DNA from: Eledone cirrhosa
Taxonomy: Eukaryota
DNA: 64,000 bases
Direction of reading: 5' to 3'
NCBI GenBank assembly: GCA_964016885.1
Contig: CAXHJY010001222.1
Span: 10,544 to 74,543 of the forward strand
A program made the translations under genes and the position numbers. Positions 14,261 through 24,963 of this stretch are shown one piece after another. Below the pieces are notes generated by a model. That model was not told the DNA's origin. It saw only the letters and a program-made list of their open reading frames with translations, and ran no database searches. Within the stretch, counting starts at the first letter, position 1, and each line of letters opens with the position of its first letter.

Positions 14261-14671
14261 TCATCAGGTAATTAATGTTCTTGATTCTACTCTAATGAAA
14301 CAGTTCCATTGCTGTTGAAGTCATAAATATCTGATGTCTATATATGAACTCACGCTGAGGTTGCGCTTCCTGCCAAATTACGTAAAAGATAAAACATACC
14401 TATTTGTTCTTTAAAGTCTCGGCTGCAGTTTCGCCTACTTTTTTGCAGCAACTATGCACCAGAAAAGCGCGCCATCGCCGTGAAGTTCTAGGTTTATCAA
14501 GAGAACCCCTCAATTTAACACGACTGTTACTTGTGAATAATCCTCGGAATGCGCAGGGAGAAATTTATACGTGATACAGTGGTCACAGAAGGAAGGTGAA
14601 GGCTGGATGTTTAGCGTGTACCACATTTGCTAGAAAAAGCAGTCAGCATCCGCCTGTTTAACTCCGACAGG

Positions 14672-15050
14672 TATAGTGGATTGGCAGAGCGTCGGACAAC
14701 ATGCTTCACTGCATAAAGTTACGTCCCTTTACCTTATAAGTTCCAACACGACCAGGTTATCTTTGCCTTTCATCTTTAAGGGGTCGATAAAATAAAGTAC
14801 CAGTAACACATTGAGTCGATTTAATCGACTTTTCCCTCCCCCCAAAATTGTTGGCCTTGTGGCGGTGTTAGGCGGTGGGTTGGCAGCATCGGTAGAGGGT
14901 CGGATGCTATGCTTTGTAGCATAGAGTTATGGCCCTTTACGGTCTAAGTTCAAATTTAACTTAGCCTTTTATCCATACGGGGTCGATAAAATAAAGTACC
15001 AGTTATGCACTGAGTAATTGCTGACCTTGTGTCAAAAGTAGAAACAATTA
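14672..15050 (+). mobile_element. Two tandem SINE family B copies
   Basis: Two consecutive ttggcag...ggggtcgataaaataaagtaccag...ccttgtg units, followed by (AGT)n. Confidence 0.8.
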
Positions 15051-15067
15051 TATTTAGTATTAGTATT

Positions 15068-15069
15068 AA

Positions 15070-15123
<54 letters not shown>

Positions 15124-15259
15124 AAGTAGTAGTAGTAGTAGTATCAGCAGCAGTAGTAGAAGTAGTAGTAGTAGTAGTAGCAGCAGCAGTAGTAGCAGTA
15201 GTATTAGCAGCAGCAGTGACAGTAGTAGTAGTAGTAGTAGTAGTGGTAGTAGTAGTAGC

Positions 15260-15310
<51 letters not shown>

Positions 15311-15330
15311 TGTAGTATTAGTAGCAGTAG
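15068..15330. repeat. (AGT/AGC)n microsatellite
   Basis: Read directly; follows a SINE tail. Confidence 0.95.
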
Positions 15331-15642
15331 TTTAATGTCTCAAGTAGATAAAATGTCTCATATATAATTTATAAACCCCGTAAGCAAGTTACTATCTGCC
15401 ATTATATCCATTTCATATTGCATTCATTAACAAACATCCCATCACCTTTATCTCTTTATTTCTCTCTGTCTCTGCTCTCCTAATCGTCTCTCTCTTTCAT
15501 TAAGAATAACTTGTATGATATGGATGCCTTATTCGGCGTTTCTCTTTCTCTTTCTCTCACTATCTCTCCCATCTCTCTCAGTCTCTTTCTCACTTGCTCT
15601 CTTCCACACCCTCTTTCTCTCTCTCTCTCCCTCTCTCTCCCC

Positions 15643-15868
<226 letters not shown>

Positions 15869-15941
15869 TTACCCACTCTACTAAGTATTGAGTACTTTGG
15901 TGCGTTATGGTCCATCTGGTTCCTTGCCACATTTCCTTCGT

Positions 15942-15967
<26 letters not shown>

Positions 15968-15972
<5 letters not shown>

Positions 15973-16562
15973 ATGAGAAGAAAGACGAATTCTGCGTGGT
16001 TTGCACATGGGTTACATATGATAAAAATAGTCCTTCGTCAGTGATTTTCCAATCATCATTGGTATTTCATCGCATTAAAAATCAGATACCTCAGGTTGGT
16101 GCGAGCAATAACTAAAAAAAGTTATTGGGATTAGTTATTCGCGTAAAGCGAGGGGGGCAAGTAAACAACATAGAAGGATAAAAGCAAACCGAAGATAGGA
16201 AAATAAACAAGCAACATGGTTGTCCGGTCAGCATAAGCTGGGTGGATTTCATGAGTGAAACGTACAGACCGTGTCGATGTGTGTGAGCTGTAAGCAACAA
16301 GAGACCCACACAAACCAAACGTGAGGAAGTGAGAAGGGGAGAAACAAAGAGTGAATGGAAGTGTGAGGAAGAGGTCAGTCGAGAGAAAGTGTAACTGATA
16401 GAGGGGGCGAAAGAAGGTGAGAGAAACAGAGAGAGCGGGGAAGCAGTAAGAGAGAAACAGACAAACGCAGCCGTGGTAAATATATATTAAAAACATGAGA
16501 AGAAAGAAGAATACTGCGTGGTTTGCACATGGGTTACATATGATAAAAATAGTCCTTCGTCA
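15968..16562. mobile_element. ~595-bp element with ~72-bp direct terminal repeats, embedded in (TA)n
   Basis: aaacatgagaagaaag...atagtccttcgtca occurs at about 15969-16040 and 16491-16562, with (TA)n on both sides. Confidence 0.7.
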
Positions 16563-16703
16563 TATATATATATATATATAATATTAAAGATACTATTTAT
16601 AGTTATGTATATACTATACTATAAACAACTATAAACAGGGAAGGTCAGTATTTTATTACTACCTTATTACCAGTAAGAGAAATAGCTCAATGTAAGAACA
16701 TTG

Positions 16704-16759
16704 TTAATGTTCCGATGACTCCAAACCAAAATTTGGAAGAAACAATTGTCAGCGATTAA
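16704..16759 (+). ncRNA. Candidate minimal type I hammerhead ribozyme (variant core)
   Basis: Stem I UUAAUGUU / AGC(G)AUUAA; core CCGAUGA; stem II UCCAAA/UUUGGA; GAAA; palindromic stem III ACAAUUGU; GUC cleavage triplet. The U4-to-C change and a C.A pair at the base of stem II are non-canonical. Confidence 0.5.
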
Positions 16760-17044
16760 ATGTTTTAAACATAACTTTGATACTTGTGTAATCTATCTAT
16801 ATATATATATATTAGTAAAAAGGAAAAGAAAATGGTGACAAATTTTTCCCAGTGAAAAATAGTTTAATTAGGAATAAGTATAAATTAGTAATAAGTATTA
16901 GTTAGTATTCAGTTTTAGTTTTAAGTATTTACCGGTTGCGCATTTCTTATGCTTTTCAAAAATAATTTTGAGATAGAGTGCTCGTGATTTTTCCTGCATC
17001 AACTATATATCCATGTATTATGTATGCACTTCTTCATGTATGTC

Positions 17045-17150
<106 letters not shown>

Positions 17151-17369
17151 CTGGGATGGACACACGCGTATAACTTGCTGAGTAAGTTCTGTTTAAATTT
17201 TTATAGAAATTCTTGTCTGATAAGTTTAATTTTTGTACCATTTTGTAGAGGGACTGCCAGGTCAAACTTTGATCTGGTCAGTCTCTCAAAATATTCTACG
17301 CCTTTAGGCGAAATAGTTAAACAAAAAAAAAAAAAAGTTTTTTCTTGTTGAAAAGTCAATATTTTTGAA

Positions 17370-19154
17370 ATGGCCGAAGCTTCTTCACCAAAATTCGAAG
17401 GAGGAAAGGGGAAGATGAACTTACAGCTTCCCCCTTCCACTGTCACAGTAGCAGAGGTCAAGAAGAAAGGTCAGCCAGAGGAAGAATTCTCTCCACCTGT
17501 TAACCGACAACTTGACGTTGCCATGGCAACAACCCAAAGAACCAGCAGCAACAGCAACAACAACAACAATGCGACGGACGAAAACAACACCAATAACAAT
17601 AACAACAACAACAAGACCAATAACGGTGACAACAACAACAATGATAACAACAACACCACCAACGACAACAACAACACAAACAAACAAAATTTCTCCTTCG
17701 CCGAGACGACAAGGAAAACCCTCGACTATCTGCCAGTAGATATAACAAAAGCGAAGGAGCTACTGGCGGATGCGAAAAAATATATAGTGTACGGGGAAAA
17801 TGGTTCATTCACAATCCATTCCCCCCCGGAACTAAAAAGCCAGAGACTCCTAAACACGGTCATGTTTAGGACAATCTCGAACAAAAGTAAAAAACCAGCT
17901 CAACCATCACAGAGCGAGATAGAGCTGGTTTTAAAAGACGTCATGAAGGACATCACCTTCATTCAGAAGGATAGACTCTACGGGAGTCTATCCATTCTCA
18001 TGAAGGACAGGGACACAGCAGTGAAACTGTCCATCAAACCAATCACATCCACCGCATACATCTTCTACCCTACGTACATGGGTAGAAGAACACAAAAAAT
18101 AAAAATCCATACCATCCAGCCGATTATGGACATATGGTGGGTTTTGACAGGTTTTCTGGACCTGGAGGATGACATGCTGGTGTCCATGGGAAAGGCATCG
18201 GGTGACGCGTTCAGTGGAACGAGCCTCGAACTTGTAGTTCAAATGAGGCCCGAAAGGATCGCCCAGATCCCTGAACGCGTCATACTGGATGATCTAACCT
18301 TCATCAACATTACCGTTGAGGGTAGACGGCCCTCGTGTTACCTCTGCGGAACCAGAGGTCACCTGAGGGCTGTCTGTCCCCAACTTAATAAGAAAACCCC
18401 AATCCTGCCTACACCACCAACAACTGCACAACCAACACAATCACCACAACTACCACTACAAAAACAACCACCACAGCTCAAACCAAAACAAAACAATGTC
18501 CAACCCATCCCCTCCACTCAAAAAACAAAAACAATTTCCAAAACACCCGTACCGCAAACACAACCCGAAAATATACCCCTCCCCTCCAACGCGGAAGATG
18601 ACCCTAGTTCGTCGTCAGACGAGGAGGAGCACTTCCACACAATCAAAAGAAAAAAAAGAAAACACACCTCAGACACACAAATGAAAAAAAACCCTCCCCA
18701 AAACATAACACTGACACCAACACAAAAGAGCTCACAACAGCAAACAAAAAACACCACACAAAAACAAAAACATGCATACACATACATAAATACAAGAAAC
18801 AAAAAACTGTTAAACATTGTGTACAACAACAATCTAATAAAAACACAAGGGCCTAACTTCACCCAGGCAGGGGATTTCCCCCACCTCAAAATGATTAAGG
18901 CCCCACAGGACACCTATAAAACTTTAAAAAACAATTTTAAAGAGGACGTGGGTCCCCCCTGCGTCGGGCCCATTAACCGCGTCCTCCTAAAAAACTATCC
19001 CACCCCCTCCCCAAACACCCACACAACTCCAAGTTCCCCAACCACACAACACACTGATGCACCCACACTTCCACAAACCACCACCCCACCCAACAACCCA
19101 TCCCCCACCCTAATGGAAATTGTGCAGTCCGATACCCGGGACGCAGAGAGGTAA
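17370..19154 (+). CDS. LINE ORF1, gag-like nucleic-acid-binding protein (594 aa)
   Basis: Long ATG-initiated ORF with the zinc knuckle CYLCGTRGHLRAVC (CX2CX4HX4C), a basic NLS-like KRKKRK, an N-terminal poly-Asn from (AAC)n, and a Pro/Thr/Gln-rich C-terminus. Lies directly upstream of the RT ORF. Confidence 0.88.
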   Translation: MAEASSPKFEGGKGKMNLQLPPSTVTVAEVKKKGQPEEEFSPPVNRQLDVAMATTQRTSSNSNNNNNATDENNTNNNNNNNKTNNGDNNNNDNNNTTNDNNNTNKQNFSFAETTRKTLDYLPVDITKAKELLADAKKYIVYGENGSFTIHSPPELKSQRLLNTVMFRTISNKSKKPAQPSQSEIELVLKDVMKDITFIQKDRLYGSLSILMKDRDTAVKLSIKPITSTAYIFYPTYMGRRTQKIKIHTIQPIMDIWWVLTGFLDLEDDMLVSMGKASGDAFSGTSLELVVQMRPERIAQIPERVILDDLTFINITVEGRRPSCYLCGTRGHLRAVCPQLNKKTPILPTPPTTAQPTQSPQLPLQKQPPQLKPKQNNVQPIPSTQKTKTISKTPVPQTQPENIPLPSNAEDDPSSSSDEEEHFHTIKRKKRKHTSDTQMKKNPPQNITLTPTQKSSQQQTKNTTQKQKHAYTYINTRNKKLLNIVYNNNLIKTQGPNFTQAGDFPHLKMIKAPQDTYKTLKNNFKEDVGPPCVGPINRVLLKNYPTPSPNTHTTPSSPTTQHTDAPTLPQTTTPPNNPSPTLMEIVQSDTRDAER

Positions 19155-19178
19155 GTGCCTTTTCTCTTCACCACCAAC

Positions 19179-22166
19179 ATGGCTATGCTAAGAGTAGGCT
19201 GTTTAAATGCGCGTGGCCTGGGCTCAACTTGGAAGCAAGCAAGGCTTCTAAATGACCTCAGGTCACAACGTATAGATGTGATGGTTATTTGCGAGGCCCG
19301 GATCAGCAACGTGCGACAGCTGGCCCCCACCTTTGATGACTTTGAGATGCACGCATCTCTCTGTCAGCCCGGAGGTGGGGGTGGAGTTGTCGTTCTGCTG
19401 CAAAAACATCTGGGTCTCGCAACACAGATGGTACATTTGGACCCGGAGGGTCGACTAGTGGTTCTGGACCTTGGCAGTGGTAAAGGCGGAGCGTTTAGGT
19501 TGGTAGCCGCCTACGGCCCTTTCGGGTCAATGCGGCCGGACTTCTTCCATCGTCTGGAGACTTTTCTAGGGACGTCCCGCTCCTTGCTATTAGTGGGGGA
19601 CTGGAATGGTATCCTAGATGCACGCTGGGACTACGTAGGGGCCTGCCCCGATAGAGAGGGGTGTAATAGCCTCAAAGGGTTAATCGGTCGATTTGACCTG
19701 GCCGATAGATATCGACTAGATTTTCCGACTGCGCCAACCTGGACTTGGGCAAATCGTAGCGGATCATCTAGGTCGTACCTAGATAGGTTCTTAGTTAGAA
19801 TTAAGGATAAGGACTTTTTAAGTTGTCCAAAAATGCGCATGGTTGGCTATTCAGACCACAAATTAGTGACCTGCATGGTCAACCTTGACAGAACTCATAG
19901 ACAGGGCCCCGGTTACTGGAAGCTCAACTTGTCCTTGCCGGCAAGTAGAGCCTACAGGAATCGGATTAGTACGTTAGTTAAGGAACGGTTGACTGGAGCG
20001 ATCGTCAACAGCAGGTGGTGGGTATCTCTAAAGAGAGAGATTAGAGTAGTCTCGATAGAATTTAGTAAGGTTCTAGCTGCGGATAGGAATAGGAAGGAAA
20101 GGGAGCTAATAGATAGAGTAGAAGAGGCAATTAGAAGCGGCGACGTGGCCAGAGTGCTAGCGTCGAGAACAGCTTTGAGCCAGTTTTTCGACGCGAAGCA
20201 CGAAGGCTGCGTTGTCCGAAGTAAAATACGTGCTCTAGGGAACGAGGGGACCAAAGCTGTTAGCTGGGCCCGCGTGACAGAGGCCAACAGAGGAACTAAA
20301 TCCACCATCCGGTCTTTGCGAGACCTGGATGGACGGGCGATTCTTGAGCCTAAGCAGATGTGTGAGGCCTTTCAAAGGCACTTTGCCCGACTGTTCGGGA
20401 GGGGCGGGGAGCCGGTTGGGAACGTGGACTTCGGTCCATACCTCGACGGCCTGCCGCGCCTCTCGGACAGGGAGGCGAAGTCCTGCGAGGAGCCGATTTC
20501 GGCCGCTGAGATAGAGGACGTGCTGAGCCAATGCGGCAAACGCAAATCCCCGGGTCTCGATGGTCTTCCTTACGAATTATATCTAGCTATGCCGGACTTG
20601 TTCCCCGATCTCCTCGAGGCGGTCTACTGCAACTGGCAACAGAACGGGAGAATTCCCTGTACTGTGACCAAGGGCGTAGTCACGCTAGTGAGGAAGGACG
20701 AGAACAAGGGGGACGAAATAAGTAACTTCAGGCCCATAACTCTGCTAAATACAGAGTTACAGATTTTGGCCAAGGTGCTAGCAAAGAGGTTGGCGCTTGT
20801 CGTGGGCAACCTGGTGGGAGATGCGCAGACATGCGCTATCCCGTCCAGGTCCATCCATGACAACCTCCACCTCATGCGATACATCATAGAGAGGGTTGGG
20901 AACGAACCCGGCTTTGGTGGGGCTCTGATCAACTTGGATCAATCTAAGGCGTTCGATAGGGTCGACCATGGTTACCTGGATGCGGTGCTAGCGGCGGCAG
21001 GCTTCGGACCCGTTTTCAGGGGCTGGATCACTGCTACGCACAGCAGCCGCATCTGCTCTAGGGTCAAGGTGAACGGCTACCTCTCGGAGCCGTTCAAAAT
21101 CGCGCGGTCCATCCGACAAGGGTGCCCTCTCTCCTCCCTTCTGTATGTGTTGACTCTCGAGCCACTACTGCGGAAGTTGGAGTTGTTGCAGGGCATCCCT
21201 TTGGAACCGGGATTGCGGAAAGCGGTGTCGGCCTACGCCGATGACGTGACAGTAATGGTGTCGACGGCCTCCGAAATCGAGGCGGTCGGCACCTTACTGG
21301 AGGAGTACGAAAAGTTCACAGGGGCTAAGCTGAACCGGGACAAGTCGATCGGTTTGCAACTCGGCACGTGGAGGGGCAGACCGATGCCCTCCGATGGCGT
21401 CGTCGGACGCTGGACGGAGGGCCCGGTGAAGTTGCTCGGGGTCTGGTTCGGACCGGACCTCCAGGTGGAGAAAAACTGGGCGGAGGTTACGAACAGGGTG
21501 TTTGCACTGACCCAGAAGTGGGCCAGTTGCAAACTATCCCTGAAAGGTCGGGCGGAGGTGGCGAACACCTACATAGCGTCCGTCATCTACTACCGCCTGA
21601 CCGTAGTGCCCTGCCCAAGGGAAACCCTCACCAAGATGGAGCGCGCGCTCTTCCAATTCCTTTGGAAGAGGCGGGCTCCTATGGTGAGGAGATCCATCTG
21701 CTGTCAACACCCTTCGAAAGGAGGGCTGGGGATGCCGTGGCTAATGATGCGTAAACACGCATTAAGGCTACGGCACCTCTACGTATTCCTCACCGGACAA
21801 CCGGTGTGGGCCTCGTTTGTGAGGCGAACCTTTCCCAGACTCGTCTCACTCACCGATCTGCAATCCTGGGTCAAGCAAAGACCGAGAAAACTGGGCGCCT
21901 GGCACACTGAGTGTGCCCAGGCGCTCACTGCCCTCTGGCAGGCGGATCCGGTTATCAGTGGAGACTCCACCGCAACATTCTATAGAGGGCTGGTACGCAG
22001 CAGGTGCGACGACGCCCTCGGAGAAGTCCTAGACATGGAGGAGGACGAACTGGCCAGCCTGTTCGGTAGGACATTCAGCCCGGGACCTATGGACAACTTC
22101 CAGAAGTCCCTGGCCTGGCAGCTTACCCGTTCGAGAAAGGCTCTACAGACACGGGCGCCCGGGTAG
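19179..22166 (+). CDS. LINE ORF2: apurinic-like endonuclease + reverse transcriptase, truncated by a frameshift near 22122
   Basis: APE motifs (LNARGL, VMVICE, LVGDWN, SYLDRF, YSDH) and RT motifs (KSPGLDG, NFRPITLLN, DQSKAFD, RQGCPLS, AYADD). Start placed at the ATG at 19179 (context accaacATGG) rather than the GTG at 19155. Confidence 0.92.
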   Translation: MAMLRVGCLNARGLGSTWKQARLLNDLRSQRIDVMVICEARISNVRQLAPTFDDFEMHASLCQPGGGGGVVVLLQKHLGLATQMVHLDPEGRLVVLDLGSGKGGAFRLVAAYGPFGSMRPDFFHRLETFLGTSRSLLLVGDWNGILDARWDYVGACPDREGCNSLKGLIGRFDLADRYRLDFPTAPTWTWANRSGSSRSYLDRFLVRIKDKDFLSCPKMRMVGYSDHKLVTCMVNLDRTHRQGPGYWKLNLSLPASRAYRNRISTLVKERLTGAIVNSRWWVSLKREIRVVSIEFSKVLAADRNRKERELIDRVEEAIRSGDVARVLASRTALSQFFDAKHEGCVVRSKIRALGNEGTKAVSWARVTEANRGTKSTIRSLRDLDGRAILEPKQMCEAFQRHFARLFGRGGEPVGNVDFGPYLDGLPRLSDREAKSCEEPISAAEIEDVLSQCGKRKSPGLDGLPYELYLAMPDLFPDLLEAVYCNWQQNGRIPCTVTKGVVTLVRKDENKGDEISNFRPITLLNTELQILAKVLAKRLALVVGNLVGDAQTCAIPSRSIHDNLHLMRYIIERVGNEPGFGGALINLDQSKAFDRVDHGYLDAVLAAAGFGPVFRGWITATHSSRICSRVKVNGYLSEPFKIARSIRQGCPLSSLLYVLTLEPLLRKLELLQGIPLEPGLRKAVSAYADDVTVMVSTASEIEAVGTLLEEYEKFTGAKLNRDKSIGLQLGTWRGRPMPSDGVVGRWTEGPVKLLGVWFGPDLQVEKNWAEVTNRVFALTQKWASCKLSLKGRAEVANTYIASVIYYRLTVVPCPRETLTKMERALFQFLWKRRAPMVRRSICCQHPSKGGLGMPWLMMRKHALRLRHLYVFLTGQPVWASFVRRTFPRLVSLTDLQSWVKQRPRKLGAWHTECAQALTALWQADPVISGDSTATFYRGLVRSRCDDALGEVLDMEEDELASLFGRTFSPGPMDNFQKSLAWQLTRSRKALQTRAPG

Positions 22167-22602
22167 GGACCCCGCCAAAAAGATCTGTCCCAGATGCGTG
22201 TGCGACGAGGAAACCGTTGCACACGCATTGGTACACTGCTCGGGCGTAGCCGATCTGTGGGGCTACGTCGAACAACTGCTGTCAAGGGTGGGACCGATCC
22301 GGTTGACCACCGAGTCTATTGTAATGATCAAGCCGCCTCCCCCCTTCAAAGATGAAGCAGAGGCGGTGTTTCTGTGCGTAATAGCCATGGCGAAAGAGGT
22401 TGTATGGTGGACGCGTCTGAAAGGACTGAGGTCAGGCACCTTTCTCTCTGGCCAACAACTGGTCCGTTTCTTCCGATATCATTTCGGAAGAAGGATCAGG
22501 ATGGAGAGAGAGGTGCTGCACCCCAGCCGTTTCTATGAAAGATGGGTGAAAGTGGCGAGAATGGCCCGTGTGAATGGGCCTTCACTCTACATCAGACTAT
22601 AG
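22123..22602 (+). pseudogene. Out-of-frame C-terminal part of ORF2, including the zinc finger CPRC-x8-H-x4-C
   Basis: The frame from 22123 reads LPVRERLYRHGRPGRDPAKKICPRCVCDEETVAHALVHC... to TAG at 22602. Paralogous copies near 23065 and 31770 have five codons between WQ/WE and L where this copy has 1 nt, implying a 14-nt deletion. Confidence 0.85.
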
Positions 22603-22866
22603 GTGAGGAAGATGAAAGACCAAGGGAGCACCCCTTCTCTGTGCTCCTGAGGAGAAGGGTTGCACACTTTTTTCGGGGGTGTGTGCGACCCCCCAAGGCG
22701 CCTCCTCTCTATTGAGGATTTTGTTAAAAATTTTATTTTTTGTTATATCTTATTTTATTTTTATATTTTGTTATTGCCTCCTCCTTATTGAGGACGCCTT
22801 TTTGTGTAAACTCCCCCCTTTGTACTTGTCCCACTTTTGATGCCCTAGTGGCAAATAAAAGAAACA

Positions 22867-22950
<84 letters not shown>
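22867..22950 (+). repeat. (TATC)n / GATA microsatellite between the two LINE copies
   Basis: Perfect tetranucleotide run. A further short run lies at ~23803-23840. Confidence 0.97.
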
Positions 22951-22952
<2 letters not shown>

Positions 22953-23801
22953 GCGGCGACGTTCTCGGGGAAACTCTAGGCATCGAGGTGGACGAACTGA
23001 CCAGTCTGTTCGGGAAGACTTTCCGTCCAGGGCTTATGGATAACTTCCAGAGGTCTCTGGCCTGGCAGTGCTACCGACGAGCTTTACCAGTTCGGGACAA
23101 AATCTACAGGCACGGACGCCCTGGCAGAGATCTTGCCAAAAGGACCTGTCCAAGATGAGAGCAGGATATCGAAACCGTTCTGCACGCAATTGTTCAGTGC
23201 CCAGGGGTGACCGACTTGTGGAATTATGTCGAACAGCTACTGTCACGTGTGGGACGCATCCAGTTGTCAGCCGCGTCCATCGTGAGGATTGCCCCGCCGC
23301 CTTCATTTAAGAATGAAGGAGAAGCGGTTTTCCTCTGTCTGGTGGCTATGGCGAAAGAGGTAATATGGTGGACGAGGTTAAAAAAGGACTGAGGGCAAAC
23401 ACCTTTCTCTCCGGACAACAACTTATCCCCTTCTTTAAATACCACTTCAGAGGAAGTGGAGAGAGAGGTGCTACACCCCAGTAAATTCGCAAAAAGGTGG
23501 GTGAATGTGGCGAAAATAGCCCGACTGAATGGGCCTTCTCTGTATATAAACCTGTAGGTTGAAGAAGACGAACAGAGGGAAGACAGCAACACCTACAAAA
23601 TGTGCTCCTGGTTGAGGGTTGATCTATCCACTGGGTGTAAAACCACACCGCAGTAGCGTTACTCCCCCTAATGGGATTTCGATTGTTTTATTTTATATAT
23701 AGTTTATTGATATTCATTATTGTTAAAGATATTATGTAAAACCCCCGCCGTCACGTCTTGTAATGTCCCATTTTTGTTCGCCCCTGTGGCAAATAAAGAA
23801 A
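22951..23801 (+). mobile_element. 5'-truncated, degenerate second Tx1-type LINE (diverged subfamily)
   Basis: Aligns by eye to ~22003-22865 (MDNFQRSLAWQCYRRALPVRDKIYRHG..., DLWNYVEQLLSRVG..., AMAKEVIWWTRLK). Ends in gtggcaaataaagaaa and is flanked by (TATC)n on both sides. Confidence 0.9.
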
Positions 23802-23894
23802 TATATCTATTAATATATCTATCTATCTATCTATCTATCTATATAATATAGAAATGGCTTCTATAGGACTAGAACCGTTTCAATCGAAGGAAAT

Positions 23895-23942
<48 letters not shown>

Positions 23943-23963
23943 GTATATATATAAACTAGAAAT

Positions 23964-24007
<44 letters not shown>

Positions 24008-24499
24008 AACATATGAAACAATCCCAGGGAATAATTTGTAAAAGTGTGTAAGCACACATAGCCAGGTAGGTAACTAATCAATGTTTAACTAGAACTTTAA
24101 AAATAGATACCTTATAAATTGATTAAACTTCCTTGTATATATTTCATTAAAGAAATATATTTCACCATTAATCGATCGGTAAACCACAGTAGCCAAATTC
24201 GGATTTTCAACAAGGGAGATCTAACTATCTGTGTTTACACAGATAGTTAAAATCTGTGACTAACTATTAACACGTGTTGCATTGTTTAAAAATACACACA
24301 TCGTACCAGCTTCGTTCCAGTGGCGTGAATAGGTTTATCGACAACTAGAAATAGCAGCCGAGTCCTTTCAACTGAATTAGATCTAAAAGTAAGGGGCCGT
24401 ATATATATCCAAAATTAAATTAAGGGTGTCATGTCAGAGAGACATGCACCATATCCTCTGTAGAATATGCTCCAAGATTCTAATGAATAGATCCGAGCA

Positions 24500-24963
24500 T
24501 TTTATACAGATACAGATACTCCACACCGATTATACTTTCAGATTTATACCTGTGATTATTGGGGCACTGGAATATGTTAGTAACTGCCTCAATACAAATC
24601 TTGAGAAGCTAGGCTTCACAGGAACAGAAAGAACACAATTAGTTAAGAAATTACAAGTACAATCCATTAATGAAACAGTAAAAAGGTGTAAAACATTCCA
24701 AAACTTTTGCATCTAATAACTGCATATACACATGTACAGATACTAAGCATAAGCACATGCACATATACAATTCAAAACATCTACATCCACACATACAATA
24801 ACATCCATACCTGCACATGCATGGATGCAGACATGCATGCAGACATGCATACATAATCTACCTAGTTGATGTTGTGTAAATTCCAACGAGAGAGTCTTGG
24901 CTATGTTAGAAAGCGACTCTCTCTCTATTGGCAAACATTTGTGAAATTATAAAACCAGAAGAA
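24500..24963 (+). mobile_element. 3' end (RLE endonuclease C-terminus and 3'UTR) of an R4/Dong-like LINE
   Basis: YTFRFIPVIIGALEYV...LEKLG...KLQVQSINETVKRCK resembles the PxxIGALG-type RLE C-terminus. The stop at 24716 is followed by UTR-like sequence that ends in simple repeats. Confidence 0.65.

Larger units (their letters stand above)
17151..22865 (+). mobile_element. Full-length Tx1-type (L1-group) non-LTR retrotransposon inserted in a (TATC)n tract
   Basis: Seen: ~220-nt 5'UTR, ORF1 with a CCHC knuckle, ORF2 with APE + RT + C-terminal zinc finger, and a 3'UTR with AATAAA at 22854-22859. (TATC)n lies on both sides (17045-17150 and 22867-22950). Clade assignment rests on the domain layout and motifs (GPGYWKLN, LDQSKAFDRVDH, SIRQGCPLS, LSLKGR, PSKGGLG). 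Confidence 0.93.

Noticed and set aside
14280-14672. Possible host exon with splice-like signals
   Set aside because: No consistent open frame or recognisable protein on either strand.
17201-22285. Short antisense and alternative-frame ORFs within the LINE
   Set aside because: They are shadows of the GC-rich ORF1/ORF2 with no independent support.
24222-24249. 13-bp perfect hairpin taactatctgtgt/acacagatagtta as a terminator
   Set aside because: Eukaryotic context, no U-tract and no upstream gene. It is more likely a repeat-derived palindrome.
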